Virus record (IMG/VR): IMGVR_UViG_3300042292_000345
Span: 1 to 64,000 of that record
Reading direction: 5' to 3' (one strand)
DNA: 64,000 nucleotides
From: a virus
Shown here: in pieces, positions 1 through 8,948 of the stretch
Layout: every line of letters begins with the position of its first letter
Numbering within the stretch: the first letter of the stretch is position 1
Notes under the pieces: model-generated
Seen by the model: the letters and a program-made list of their open reading frames with translations, nothing else
Databases searched by the model: none
What the model was told of the DNA's origin: nothing
Position numbers and translations under genes: made by a program

Positions 1-266
1 TGTAGGTATAAATAGAATTAATACTTATGCAGGTACTTTCGGCACAGTGGATAGTCCAGCTATAAGTATCCCTGCAAGTATACCTAGTCTATCTATTAGT
101 AGACCTATTTATACTACTATAACAGATGCTTATGTAGGTATAAATAAAGTCAATACTTATGCAGGTACTTTCGGCACAGTGGATAGTCCAGCTATAAGTA
201 TCCCTGCAAGTATACCTAGCCTATCTATTAGTAGACCTATTTATACTACTATAACAGATGCTTATG
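1..266 (+). repeat. 132-bp in-frame tandem repeat, at least 2 near-identical copies
   Basis: 1-132 and 133-264 differ at only a few positions (e.g. agaatt/aaagtc, agt/agc). The period is 44 codons. Confidence 0.95.
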
Positions 267-325
267 CTGGTCTATCAGGTGGTGGTGGATCTAAAGGCTC
301 TACATTAACTCTTTCATGGTCTTAA
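2..325 (+). CDS. 3' end of a repeat-containing protein (44-aa tandem repeats), truncated by the window start
   Basis: The frame of ORF 47..325 is open back to position 2 (VGINRINTYAGTFGTVDSPAISIPASIPSLSISRPIYTTITDAY, twice). The GTG at 47 lies inside the first repeat, so it is unlikely to be the start. Confidence 0.7.
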   Translation, partial: VGINRINTYAGTFGTVDSPAISIPASIPSLSISRPIYTTITDAYVGINKVNTYAGTFGTVDSPAISIPASIPSLSISRPIYTTITDAYAGLSGGGGSKGSTLTLSWS

Positions 326-326
326 T

Positions 327-599
327 ATGAATTATACAAAATTAAAAGAATTTCTTTCAGACTCTAATTTTATCTATGCAGATGTAACAGAAAAGGAATT
401 AGAAACAGTTCCTTGCGCTATTTACTTTACTGAATTTGATGGTGTTAAATATATAGGAGCTAGTATTGAAGTAGAAGCACTATCAGAAAAGCTAATGGAA
501 CCTACACAAGAAGAAGAGCTAGCAGAACCTATAAATATTGATATGCTAGAAGAATCTGTACAAGAAGAAGCTGTACAAGAAGACGTAATCCAGCCGTAG
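327..599 (+). CDS. Hypothetical protein with acidic C-terminus, probable paralogue of 1198..1437
   Basis: ATG 1 nt after the upstream stop. 12 of the first 57 residues are identical to ORF 1198..1437 without gaps. Confidence 0.7.
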   Translation: MNYTKLKEFLSDSNFIYADVTEKELETVPCAIYFTEFDGVKYIGASIEVEALSEKLMEPTQEEELAEPINIDMLEESVQEEAVQEDVIQP

Positions 600-656
600 G
601 ATTAAATACGGCAAGTCGAGTAAAGTAGTATTATTTAACAAAAACTGGAGGTTTAA

Positions 657-847
657 ATGGCTGAAATGACAACACCAAATATCTTTACAATGCCACAGAC
701 TAGTGGCAACAACAAATGCAAGGTATTCTTGGGGTATTGAACGGTTTAGTAGGTGAGTTACAGCGTAATACACAACAGACAATTGCTATTGGAAGTACCT
801 TAACGGGAAACGCCCAAACATCGACGAACAATCGTGTGAACGGATAG
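657..847 (+). pseudogene. Disrupted small gene (frame change or internal deletion at a CAACAACAA run)
   Basis: Strong RBS (GGAGG) and ATG657 give MAEMTTPNIFTMPQTSGNN, then a stop at 738-740. A protein-like -1 frame begins at 707 (QQQMQGILGVLNGLVGELQRNTQQTIAIGSTLTGNAQTSTNNRVNG) and ends at TAG847, just before the next gene. Confidence 0.5.
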
Positions 848-853
848 AAGAAG

Positions 854-1186
854 ATGGATCTGACTCAATCATTAGAGGACCAAATCCGACAACTCCAATC
901 TCAGATCCAACCTACGGTCTTAAAGAAAGTAGAAAACGTAGAAGAACAAATGAGAAGAGTGTTTCAGGAAGAGATGTCCAAACTAAACACGAGTCTTAAC
1001 CAAACAGCAGCTGCTAGTGTTAGTCCAATGCTAGCAGCTCTTGGTTCTGCATTATCGGAAGAAGAACAAGTGTGGATATCACAACCTGAAAATCAAGTTA
1101 AGGTCATAGATTTCTTCAAGACTCCTGAAGGCCAAGCAATCACTAGACGTTTCATGATGGCATATAAAGAATATAAATCAAAATAA
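854..1186 (+). CDS. Hypothetical protein (Q-rich, helical)
   Basis: ORF track; tightly packed with neighbouring genes. Confidence 0.7.
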   Translation: MDLTQSLEDQIRQLQSQIQPTVLKKVENVEEQMRRVFQEEMSKLNTSLNQTAAASVSPMLAALGSALSEEEQVWISQPENQVKVIDFFKTPEGQAITRRFMMAYKEYKSK

Positions 1187-1197
1187 AAGAGGCTTAA

Positions 1198-1437
1198 ATG
1201 AATTTTGAAAATTTAAAAACAGCAGTACCGTCTTGTAATGCTTTCTACGGTTCAGTACCTGAAGAAAAAGCATACTTACTAGAGGGTAACTTACAAGCTA
1301 GTTTAGGCAATGGTACTGTAGTTTACTGTTTCCCAGAACCTGTAAAAGGTCTAGAAGCATTTTTATTAAATGAAAGTAATTTACAAACTGTAAGTGTTGT
1401 TATTGAACCTATTCCAGAATTAGTAATTGAAGAATAG
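1198..1437 (+). CDS. Hypothetical protein, probable paralogue of 327..599
   Basis: AGAGG RBS; ungapped similarity to 327..599. Confidence 0.7.
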   Translation: MNFENLKTAVPSCNAFYGSVPEEKAYLLEGNLQASLGNGTVVYCFPEPVKGLEAFLLNESNLQTVSVVIEPIPELVIEE

Positions 1438-1445
1438 CAACTAGT

Positions 1446-1473
1446 ATATCCACTCGGAAGGGTGGATATCTTT
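1446..1473 (+). terminator. Hairpin with GGAA (GNRA) loop; weak terminator or RNA-stability element
   Basis: ATATCCACTC-GGAA-GGGTGGATAT followed by CTTT, intergenic. Confidence 0.5.
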
Positions 1474-1484
1474 GAGGATATAAA

Positions 1485-1721
1485 ATGAAAATAGTACACC
1501 GTATAGAATTTGAAACACATGAACTAGAAAAACAAACTGAAATGCTTAACAAAATTATTGAGATTTCTGCTAGTACAGCTTACACTGAAGTTGAAAAAGA
1601 AACAGCACTTAACTCAATTAGAGAACAAATAAGCTTAATGAACTCTAGCATGGCTTTTACTCTTGGCTACAATGCTGGTAGAGGCAATGCCAATGAGAAA
1701 GATCTTGAAATGTACAGCTAG
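1485..1721 (+). CDS. Hypothetical protein
   Basis: GAGG RBS and ATG; ORF track. Confidence 0.7.
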   Translation: MKIVHRIEFETHELEKQTEMLNKIIEISASTAYTEVEKETALNSIREQISLMNSSMAFTLGYNAGRGNANEKDLEMYS

Positions 1722-1732
1722 GACTATTAAAT

Positions 1733-2218
1733 ATGGAACAAGAAAATAAACTAAAAGATTTCTTTCCTCGTACTACTAGTACTGTTGGAAAAGAATTTAT
1801 TAAGAAAAGAGAATCTTTCAGATCTAAGCCATATTTAGATGGTAAGAAAGTTCCTACTATTGGTTTTGGCAATACTTACTATCCTGATGGTACTAAGGTA
1901 ACAATGAATGATGCTCCTATCTCTGCTGAGAAAGGTCTAGAATTGTTTGAAGTAACCTTAAAGACTTTTGAAAAAGGAGTGAATAGTGCTATTATTCGAC
2001 CTATTAGTCAAAATGAGTTTGATGCATTAGTTAGTTTAGCTTATAATATAGGTGTTCCTAGATTTAAAACATCTAGTGTAGTTAAGCGTATTAATGGTAA
2101 TACCCCAAGAAAAGAAGTCGCAGATGCTTTCAGAATGTGGAAGCTATTAGACGGCGAGGTCTCTCAAGGTCTAGTCAATAGACGTGAAGAGGAAATTAAA
2201 TTGTTTTTAGGAAAATAA
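1733..2218 (+). CDS. Endolysin, GH24 phage lysozyme
   Basis: E-x8-D-x5-T catalytic triad (ESFRSKPYLDGKKVPTIGFG), QNEFDALVSLAYNIG and GLVNRREEE motifs. Confidence 0.93.
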   Translation: MEQENKLKDFFPRTTSTVGKEFIKKRESFRSKPYLDGKKVPTIGFGNTYYPDGTKVTMNDAPISAEKGLELFEVTLKTFEKGVNSAIIRPISQNEFDALVSLAYNIGVPRFKTSSVVKRINGNTPRKEVADAFRMWKLLDGEVSQGLVNRREEEIKLFLGK

Positions 2219-2220
2219 AA

Positions 2221-2436
2221 ATGAGTGAACTAAAAGAAGAAGTAGTGGTGGCAGTTGCTCCACCTGCCGCAGTAGTTAAGAAATCAGCAGTAAAACCTTT
2301 TATTGAGAAAGTACCTGCACAGTGGTTTATTAGACAACATCCAGAAGATGAAGATCTTATTGCAGCTACTGCATATACCACTCAAGAACACTTTGAAGGC
2401 ACAATGGCAGATTTTAATGCCTGCATGAGAGGCTAA
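2221..2436 (+). CDS. Small hypothetical protein upstream of portal
   Basis: Abuts both the endolysin and portal genes with 1-2 nt spacing. Confidence 0.7.
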   Translation: MSELKEEVVVAVAPPAAVVKKSAVKPFIEKVPAQWFIRQHPEDEDLIAATAYTTQEHFEGTMADFNACMRG

Positions 2437-2437
2437 T

Positions 2438-3985
2438 ATGTATAAATCTGTTGCTAGTCCTAACGCATCTTATTTGCTTCATTCAAAGTTGTGGGCTAAA
2501 AATAGAGCTATGTGTGAGGGTGAAGCAGCAGTTAAGCGGCTTGATGAACAGGTTAATATAGATAATCTATTAATTCCTTTTTCACCTAGCATGTCTCTCG
2601 ATCAATATTTATTTTATAAAGCTGAAGCAGAACTTCCAGGAGTTACTTCAGAATTCGCTAAGATGCTAGTAGGTGGCTTACTAAGAAAACAGCCAGTACT
2701 TGAATTACCTGCTAGCGTTCCTGAAGAGGCTACTGAATGGCTCCTCAACAATTTTGGTAGAGATGATTCATCTTTAGTCAGCTTTATGGATGAAGTCTTA
2801 TGGGAGGAAATTCAAACTTCTAGAGCATGGATTATGGTAGATTACCCTTCTATATCTGAAGCTCAGTTTGAAAATCTATCACCTGAAGAACAAGCCAAGC
2901 TTAAACCATACCCTATCACGCATAAAGCAGAGTCTGTTATTAACTGGAAGACTGAAGTTACATGGGAAGGTAAAACTAAACTTACTATGGTAATTATTAG
3001 ATCTCTGGTAGAAAAAGTATCAGTTGATGATGAATTCCATCCTGTTCTGGTAGACACTGTATGGGTTCATGATCTTGCACCTAATTATAGAATACGTAAA
3101 TATGAATCTCAAATGCCTAGTAATGAGACACCAGACGTTCATAAAGATCGTATCAAGCCTGCCAAAGATGATGCGCCTAGATATACTTTAGTAGAAACTA
3201 TTGATTCTATTAAAGCATTTGGCATGCCTCTGGATAGTATTCCTGCATGGCCTCTTAATGGTTCTATACCTATTATGCCGCCTATGCTAACACCTATTGT
3301 AGATAAAGAAGTCTCTTTATACAATAAGATGAGTAGAAGAAATCATTTATTATATGGTGCAGCTACTTATACTCCTATTATTATGTCTGACATGACTGAT
3401 GAGGAATTTGAGAACATAGTAGATTCAGGATTAGGTTCTTGGATTAGGTTAAGACAGGGTGATACTGCAGATATCTTAAAGACACCTACAGAAGCTCTTG
3501 GTAATATGGATGTTACTATTAAAGCAACTATCGATGAGCTTGCCAGACTTGGAGTGCGGATGTTATCACCTGAGAATGAACAGTCAGGTGTTGCTTTAGA
3601 GATCCGTAACGCAGCTCAAACAGCTAAGCTAGGTACTCTTAATAATAAGATTAGCAGTACTATGAAAGCTGTATTTAGCTTTATGATATTCTGGCGATAT
3701 AATATACAAGTACCTCCTTGTGATATTCATTTCATTTTATCTGCTGATTTTGATCCTGTCCCATTAGGTGCTGACTGGTTACGTCTAGCTACTGAATGGT
3801 ATGAGAAAGGATTAATTCCAAGATCTATTTGGCTACAATTACTTAAATCAAATGACATGATTGATCCTTCGTACGATGATAAAGAAGGTCAATTAGAGAT
3901 TAATGCCGATCAGATGATTATTACACCTGTTCAGCAAAATGATCAATACCTTCAAGGTATGCAACAACAAGAACAAGGATTCTAA
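2438..3985 (+). CDS. Portal protein (DUF4055/SPP1-like)
   Basis: 515 aa at the start of the head module. The SGVALEIR motif, PYPITHKAESVINW and the acidic C-terminus resemble siphovirus portals. Confidence 0.85.
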   Translation: MYKSVASPNASYLLHSKLWAKNRAMCEGEAAVKRLDEQVNIDNLLIPFSPSMSLDQYLFYKAEAELPGVTSEFAKMLVGGLLRKQPVLELPASVPEEATEWLLNNFGRDDSSLVSFMDEVLWEEIQTSRAWIMVDYPSISEAQFENLSPEEQAKLKPYPITHKAESVINWKTEVTWEGKTKLTMVIIRSLVEKVSVDDEFHPVLVDTVWVHDLAPNYRIRKYESQMPSNETPDVHKDRIKPAKDDAPRYTLVETIDSIKAFGMPLDSIPAWPLNGSIPIMPPMLTPIVDKEVSLYNKMSRRNHLLYGAATYTPIIMSDMTDEEFENIVDSGLGSWIRLRQGDTADILKTPTEALGNMDVTIKATIDELARLGVRMLSPENEQSGVALEIRNAAQTAKLGTLNNKISSTMKAVFSFMIFWRYNIQVPPCDIHFILSADFDPVPLGADWLRLATEWYEKGLIPRSIWLQLLKSNDMIDPSYDDKEGQLEINADQMIITPVQQNDQYLQGMQQQEQGF

Positions 3986-3986
3986 A

Positions 3987-4199
3987 ATGGCTAAGCGTGG
4001 CAATAAGAATGCTGCTGGTCCACATAAAAAGACTGCTTCATTTGTAGTTGGAGGATTTGTATCTGGAATGCTACATGCGCCTAAGCATAATCAAAGATCT
4101 ATGATAGCATACGCTAGTAAGTCCACAGCAGGGCTAAGAGCATACAAAGTTGGTGCTGCTGTAAGAAAAGCTTCAGGTGCTAATTTATTCTTAAAGTAA
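3987..4199 (+). CDS. Small basic protein with N-terminal GNKNA motif
   Basis: ATG3987 lies 1 nt after the portal stop (MAKRGNKNAAGPHKK...). 70 aa, K/R-rich, with no acidic residues. Confidence 0.6.
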   Translation: MAKRGNKNAAGPHKKTASFVVGGFVSGMLHAPKHNQRSMIAYASKSTAGLRAYKVGAAVRKASGANLFLK

Positions 4200-4215
4200 C
4201 AAACAAGGTAGAGTT

Positions 4216-7200
4216 ATGAATTTAAATACAGAACTTTATGATAACCTCATTCATAGAGCAGCAATGCTAAGACTATTCGAAAGAAGAGTATCAGGCAAAG
4301 TAGATATAGTGCTAAATGATCATACAGATAGGTTGGACAAAATAATTCGTAACTCTGATCTTACTGTAGTAGGTCAAAGAAAGCTTAAAGAAAGGATTGA
4401 TATTGAGTCAACAGGCTCTTTTAGACAAGCATTTAATGTATCTAAAAGTAGTTTACTAGATCTGGTTGCAGATCAGCTTTCTTTTACCTATCAGAAAGTA
4501 GAAGCAAAAGTAGGAAAGATTTGGAGAACTGAAAGACCTGCTAAACGAGTATCAGAAGAAATTGTATTACAGAATCCTTTGTACAGTAATCAGACGTTAG
4601 CTCAAGGTTGGGCTGGAATATCTAAAAGTGAACGTATTAGGTTGGACTTAATTATACGTAAAGGTATTGCAGATGGCTTATCAATAGATGAAATAGCTGT
4701 ATTAGTACGGAAAGGACATCTACATGATATTACTAGAAACCAATCAAGAGCGCTGGTTACTACTGCTGCTACGTCTGTCGTTGCTCAAGCAGATCATCAG
4801 ATTTATAAAGCAAATGAAAAAGCTCTTCAAGGCTATCAGTATATTGCAGTATTAGATGCTAGAACAACTCCTTTATGTGCTCATCGAGATGGTCATGTGT
4901 ATCCTATTAGCGATACTGAGCATCTTCCTCCAGCTCATTGGAGATGTAGATCTACTACTGTTCCTGTCTTTAAGTCTTGGAGTGACATAGCCAGTCTAGA
5001 AAATATAGCTCAAGTCAGAAGAGAAAATATTAGTAATCTAACAGAAAAGCAGAAAGCTTACTATGATGGTATGACTCCTTTAAAAGAATCATATAACGAT
5101 TGGCTACTGCGACAACCTAAAGACATACAATTAGCTCATTTAGGTGACTACAATAAAGTAGAGTTGTTTAATAAGAATCAACTTACTGTTGATCAATTTA
5201 CAAATCCTGAAGGTAATACATTAGGTATAAGAGAATTACGTCAGCTAACTGATAGTACTTATGCGCTACCTAATGATACCCAGAAGTTTGCAAATGCTAA
5301 AGCAAAGTTAGATGCAATGCAATTATATGCATCAACTCCTGATAGTTTTATCAATGATAAGAAACTCACTCAGACTCTATTAGATTATTATCTATTGCAG
5401 AGTGGAGAGTTAGATGGTACTTTATCTCTTACAAATTATCGTGGAACTCTAATACATACTAAGAAAGCTACTAAAAATAGAGTGTTGAATACATTACCAA
5501 CAGAGGATCAAATGATATTTAATCCTATGACAGGTAGATATGAAGACTCTAGAATGTATCAGCCTAGTATTGGTGCATTAAGTAATAATCTTAGACTAGT
5601 AGAAGAATCTACAGATCTGAAAGATAAAGACAAACTATTCATTAATAGTTTTGAAAGATCACTCTCTGAAAAGATGAGTGTTAATGAGAGAGCTGTTGTT
5701 GTAGATAATCTACGTAATATATTCTCCAGATTTAGACGTAATGGAGAAGTATGGGGGAACTTTAAAGCTGTTAGTCAATCTCAGATTAAGTTTGATGTAA
5801 TGAATGTATCTGATACTATCGAAACACAGATTAGAAAAGATTCTGACCCGCTAAAAAAACTTCTTCAAGACAACTATATCGATCCAGTACTAGGTCCAGT
5901 GCAATTACAAAAACTCCACGATACCTTCCATGATAATATAAGATTCATGAATAAGTGGGAAGATAAGGTAGCACCTAAAATCGCTAGAGAGCTAAGAGGC
6001 TTCTTTGATCTTGCAATTCCCTTTAAGATTCGTGATAGGCTTACTGAAGTTAATATTCAAAAATTCTATCTGAAATTAGCAAAGAGACTTGCACTTGCTG
6101 ATACACCTGACAGAGATCAATTAGCTGTCACTATTGGCAGAGACCTCTATAATGCTGCTAATTTTAATGGTACTAGAAAAGATTGGTATAACGTTGGTTT
6201 AGAAATAATAAATGCTAATAATAGTATATTTAAAGTAGAGACATTTGGGGTTCAAAAGAGACGAATGAAATCTAGACTGTCAGGTCAATATTTTGGACCA
6301 TATTATGATACATTAGCATACAATATTCGCATAACAGATCCTAGAATTCAAGAGTATGCTCAAACAGTACGTAAGGTAGACCTTGGATTACGTGTTAGTG
6401 TAGTTAACGATGATAATAGACTTATATTCAAAGAAGGCTATAAGACATACTTTATGAAATCTAAATTTGGATTAGAAGATACTAGAATACCTATTACAAG
6501 TACTAGTAGTTTTTCTGATTTTCCAGAAGATTTTGTAGATGAGAATATGAAAGATGCACTCGAATGGGCATCAAAAGCTAGATATCGCATTGATGGCGAC
6601 TTCTACGATTTTACTCAGAAGTTATTATATTTTGTAGATGACAGAGGTAATGCTAAAAAGTATGATGCACTTAATGAATATAAACATTATATTAGTTCAC
6701 GTGGAGATGCTTATGAACGCTTTAAGGCGATGGAATGGCTACGTAAAAGCAATGACTCTTTTTCTAATCATCCTTTCATTGACCACAGGGCTCGTATTTA
6801 TGATAGGGGTCTTATTAGCCCTCAGTCTGGCGAATCCTTTAGACCTTACCTTAATACTGAAATAGAGAAACCATTAGGTGAGGATGGCTTTAAGAACTTC
6901 AAAGATCAGATAGGTGCCTTTATGGGTGGGCTAAATGACGTATTTGAAGGTAGATATAACTCACTATCCTTTACTGGTAGACAGAAGATTGCTGATAAAC
7001 TCTGGCCTGAGATGGTAGATATTGGTAATAAGATGCTAAGAGCAAAACCTGCTGATATTCGATTTATCTTAGAGTCTGAAATGGTCCAGTCAGTAGAAGG
7101 TGAGGAACTTGGTAAGTTTTTTAGATTTGCTATTGAAGCTGCTAAATTAGATAATCATATCAAATCTGGGGGTACACTTGACAAGTATATGACAGCACTT

Positions 7201-8940
7201 GCATTAGAGCAAGATGCATCATCATCGGGTGCTCAGATTATTGCCCTAACTACTAAAAATAAACAGCTAGCAGAACTCTCTAATGTAGTTCCTACTAATC
7301 AGAAAAGACGGCTATATGATGAGATTGCAGCATCTACTTATAATGATCCTAGATTCAAAGTAATGAATGAACGACTAGGATTATCTGAAAAAGATCTTAG
7401 AAAAGCTGCTAAAGCTCAGAACATGGTTACTTTCTATGGTGCTGGTGAACGTACTGGCATTCTTAATGTAGAAGGCAAATTAGCTAAGATTCTTGACAAA
7501 ACTGATAGTACGTTAGTAGTAAAAGCTTCTGATAGAGATAAAGTACTTAGTGAGATATCTGCTAGAGCTGCTAGGTATCAGAGATTTGATGAAGAAACTT
7601 ATAATGAATTAATGGTTCTCAGAGCTAATGTTAAAGATATCTTTAATAAAGGATTAGAACCAGGTGATGAAATCATGGAACAGCTTTATTTCTTAGAACC
7701 TAAAACAAAAGAATTAGTTGAAAAGATGACTGCTAGTTATGATATGGTAGTTACCCCAAAAGACTTTCAAGCTATTGCAAAAATTATGAGTGAGCATTTA
7801 GCTGAACAAGTACCTATTCTAAAAGACTTCACTAAGTATTTTGGTAGGCTAGCAGAGGATTTCTTAACTACAGCAAAACCTAGCGGTAGTGATTTAGATT
7901 GGAAGGTAATAGGTAAGATTCCTTTTCTGGGTACTAGACAAAAGACAATAGGTTCTGAACTTGTTGCTGGTAGTAGAGAAAGATCACCTACAATTGATTC
8001 ATTAGTTCTTGGCAATCTAGATAAGAAACTTAAAGCTAAATTTAATTCTAGACTAAGCGAGATATTAGGTATCAAGGCGGATGAGCCAATTACTGAAAAG
8101 ATTCTGAAAAGGTTTACTTGGTATAGACCTGATGGGATTCTATCTGATCTATTATATGGCGTACACACGCCTGATGACAGAACTATTGGCAAGAATGTAA
8201 TACGATTTAAATATACATTTATAAATGATAAATTTAGTATTACTCAACCGTTAAAGATCTATAGGGCAATAGATGTCAGTATACTATTTAATCCTAAGAT
8301 GCCTAAGAAGTGGACTAATGTTCCATGGGTTAACTTTGATGGTAAAACATTAGAACAAAACTTTACTCAATCATTTGAAGAAAGATTGAATTACAAAGAT
8401 AAAGATGGTAATTGGGTTACTAATATTTTACAAGTACCTCAAAAGACATCATCTACTGGATGGGAAGAATGGGCAAATGATCCAGGAAATATTAATGACA
8501 TTGCCGATGCAACTAAAGCTAGAACTGCCTATGCTGTTAATGGCAATCACTCTAATGATGCAACATTAGTTAAAAACTTTCATTTATGGGGCAGAGATAA
8601 TAACATTGCCACATCAACGATTCATGATGCTTTCTTTGCCAATGCTGCTGATATGCTTATAGCAAGAAAGGGTCTACGGGAGCTTTATGCAAATGCTCTC
8701 AATGCTGGTTCAGTAGTGAAAACGCTGGATGAGATGAAAGCAAGAGGTCTCCCTCAAGAGCTTTACGATGCTTATCTTAAAGAGGGCATTGAAAAGGGCA
8801 TTATCCCTGTTGCAGGGAAATCTGTCGTGGGTGGGAAAGTCCTGACAGAAAATGATATATTGAAAATAGATGACATATTAGCACCTATACCAGATCCTAG
8901 CAAATTCAGTAATGATGTTGGCTTCTATGGTGTAGGTTAA
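4216..8940 (+). CDS. Minor head protein (SPP1 gp7/MuF) fused to a T7-like single-subunit RNA polymerase; putative virion RNAP
   Basis: MuF signature YQYIAVLDARTTPLC...PPAHWRCRST (4834-4956). RNAP motifs: DHRARIY (6781), motif A DASSSGAQ (7213), motif B RKAAKAQNMVTFYG (7399-7440), NGNHSNDA (~8540) and motif C IHDAF (8620). Located between portal and scaffold. Confidence 0.92.
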   Translation: MNLNTELYDNLIHRAAMLRLFERRVSGKVDIVLNDHTDRLDKIIRNSDLTVVGQRKLKERIDIESTGSFRQAFNVSKSSLLDLVADQLSFTYQKVEAKVGKIWRTERPAKRVSEEIVLQNPLYSNQTLAQGWAGISKSERIRLDLIIRKGIADGLSIDEIAVLVRKGHLHDITRNQSRALVTTAATSVVAQADHQIYKANEKALQGYQYIAVLDARTTPLCAHRDGHVYPISDTEHLPPAHWRCRSTTVPVFKSWSDIASLENIAQVRRENISNLTEKQKAYYDGMTPLKESYNDWLLRQPKDIQLAHLGDYNKVELFNKNQLTVDQFTNPEGNTLGIRELRQLTDSTYALPNDTQKFANAKAKLDAMQLYASTPDSFINDKKLTQTLLDYYLLQSGELDGTLSLTNYRGTLIHTKKATKNRVLNTLPTEDQMIFNPMTGRYEDSRMYQPSIGALSNNLRLVEESTDLKDKDKLFINSFERSLSEKMSVNERAVVVDNLRNIFSRFRRNGEVWGNFKAVSQSQIKFDVMNVSDTIETQIRKDSDPLKKLLQDNYIDPVLGPVQLQKLHDTFHDNIRFMNKWEDKVAPKIARELRGFFDLAIPFKIRDRLTEVNIQKFYLKLAKRLALADTPDRDQLAVTIGRDLYNAANFNGTRKDWYNVGLEIINANNSIFKVETFGVQKRRMKSRLSGQYFGPYYDTLAYNIRITDPRIQEYAQTVRKVDLGLRVSVVNDDNRLIFKEGYKTYFMKSKFGLEDTRIPITSTSSFSDFPEDFVDENMKDALEWASKARYRIDGDFYDFTQKLLYFVDDRGNAKKYDALNEYKHYISSRGDAYERFKAMEWLRKSNDSFSNHPFIDHRARIYDRGLISPQSGESFRPYLNTEIEKPLGEDGFKNFKDQIGAFMGGLNDVFEGRYNSLSFTGRQKIADKLWPEMVDIGNKMLRAKPADIRFILESEMVQSVEGEELGKFFRFAIEAAKLDNHIKSGGTLDKYMTALALEQDASSSGAQIIALTTKNKQLAELSNVVPTNQKRRLYDEIAASTYNDPRFKVMNERLGLSEKDLRKAAKAQNMVTFYGAGERTGILNVEGKLAKILDKTDSTLVVKASDRDKVLSEISARAARYQRFDEETYNELMVLRANVKDIFNKGLEPGDEIMEQLYFLEPKTKELVEKMTASYDMVVTPKDFQAIAKIMSEHLAEQVPILKDFTKYFGRLAEDFLTTAKPSGSDLDWKVIGKIPFLGTRQKTIGSELVAGSRERSPTIDSLVLGNLDKKLKAKFNSRLSEILGIKADEPITEKILKRFTWYRPDGILSDLLYGVHTPDDRTIGKNVIRFKYTFINDKFSITQPLKIYRAIDVSILFNPKMPKKWTNVPWVNFDGKTLEQNFTQSFEERLNYKDKDGNWVTNILQVPQKTSSTGWEEWANDPGNINDIADATKARTAYAVNGNHSNDATLVKNFHLWGRDNNIATSTIHDAFFANAADMLIARKGLRELYANALNAGSVVKTLDEMKARGLPQELYDAYLKEGIEKGIIPVAGKSVVGGKVLTENDILKIDDILAPIPDPSKFSNDVGFYGVG

Positions 8941-8948
8941 TTTAATCA

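Noticed and set aside
1-266. 132-bp repeat as a CRISPR array or DGR template/variable repeat
   Set aside because: The copies are contiguous with no spacers and keep the reading frame. Differences are not adenine-specific, and no cas or reverse transcriptase gene is visible.
593-612. Small inverted repeat GCCGTA...TACGGC after ORF 327..599
   Set aside because: Only 6 bp, with no T-tract and no second copy, so too weak to assign a function.
700-720. Programmed -1 frameshift joining the two halves of the 657..847 locus
   Set aside because: There is no X XXY YYZ heptamer at the junction; deletion, indel or assembly collapse is more plausible.
4216-8940. MuF C-terminal extension as a polymorphic toxin with an immunity gene
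   Set aside because: The extension carries the full ordered RNAP motif set, and the next gene is the scaffold rather than a small immunity ORF.
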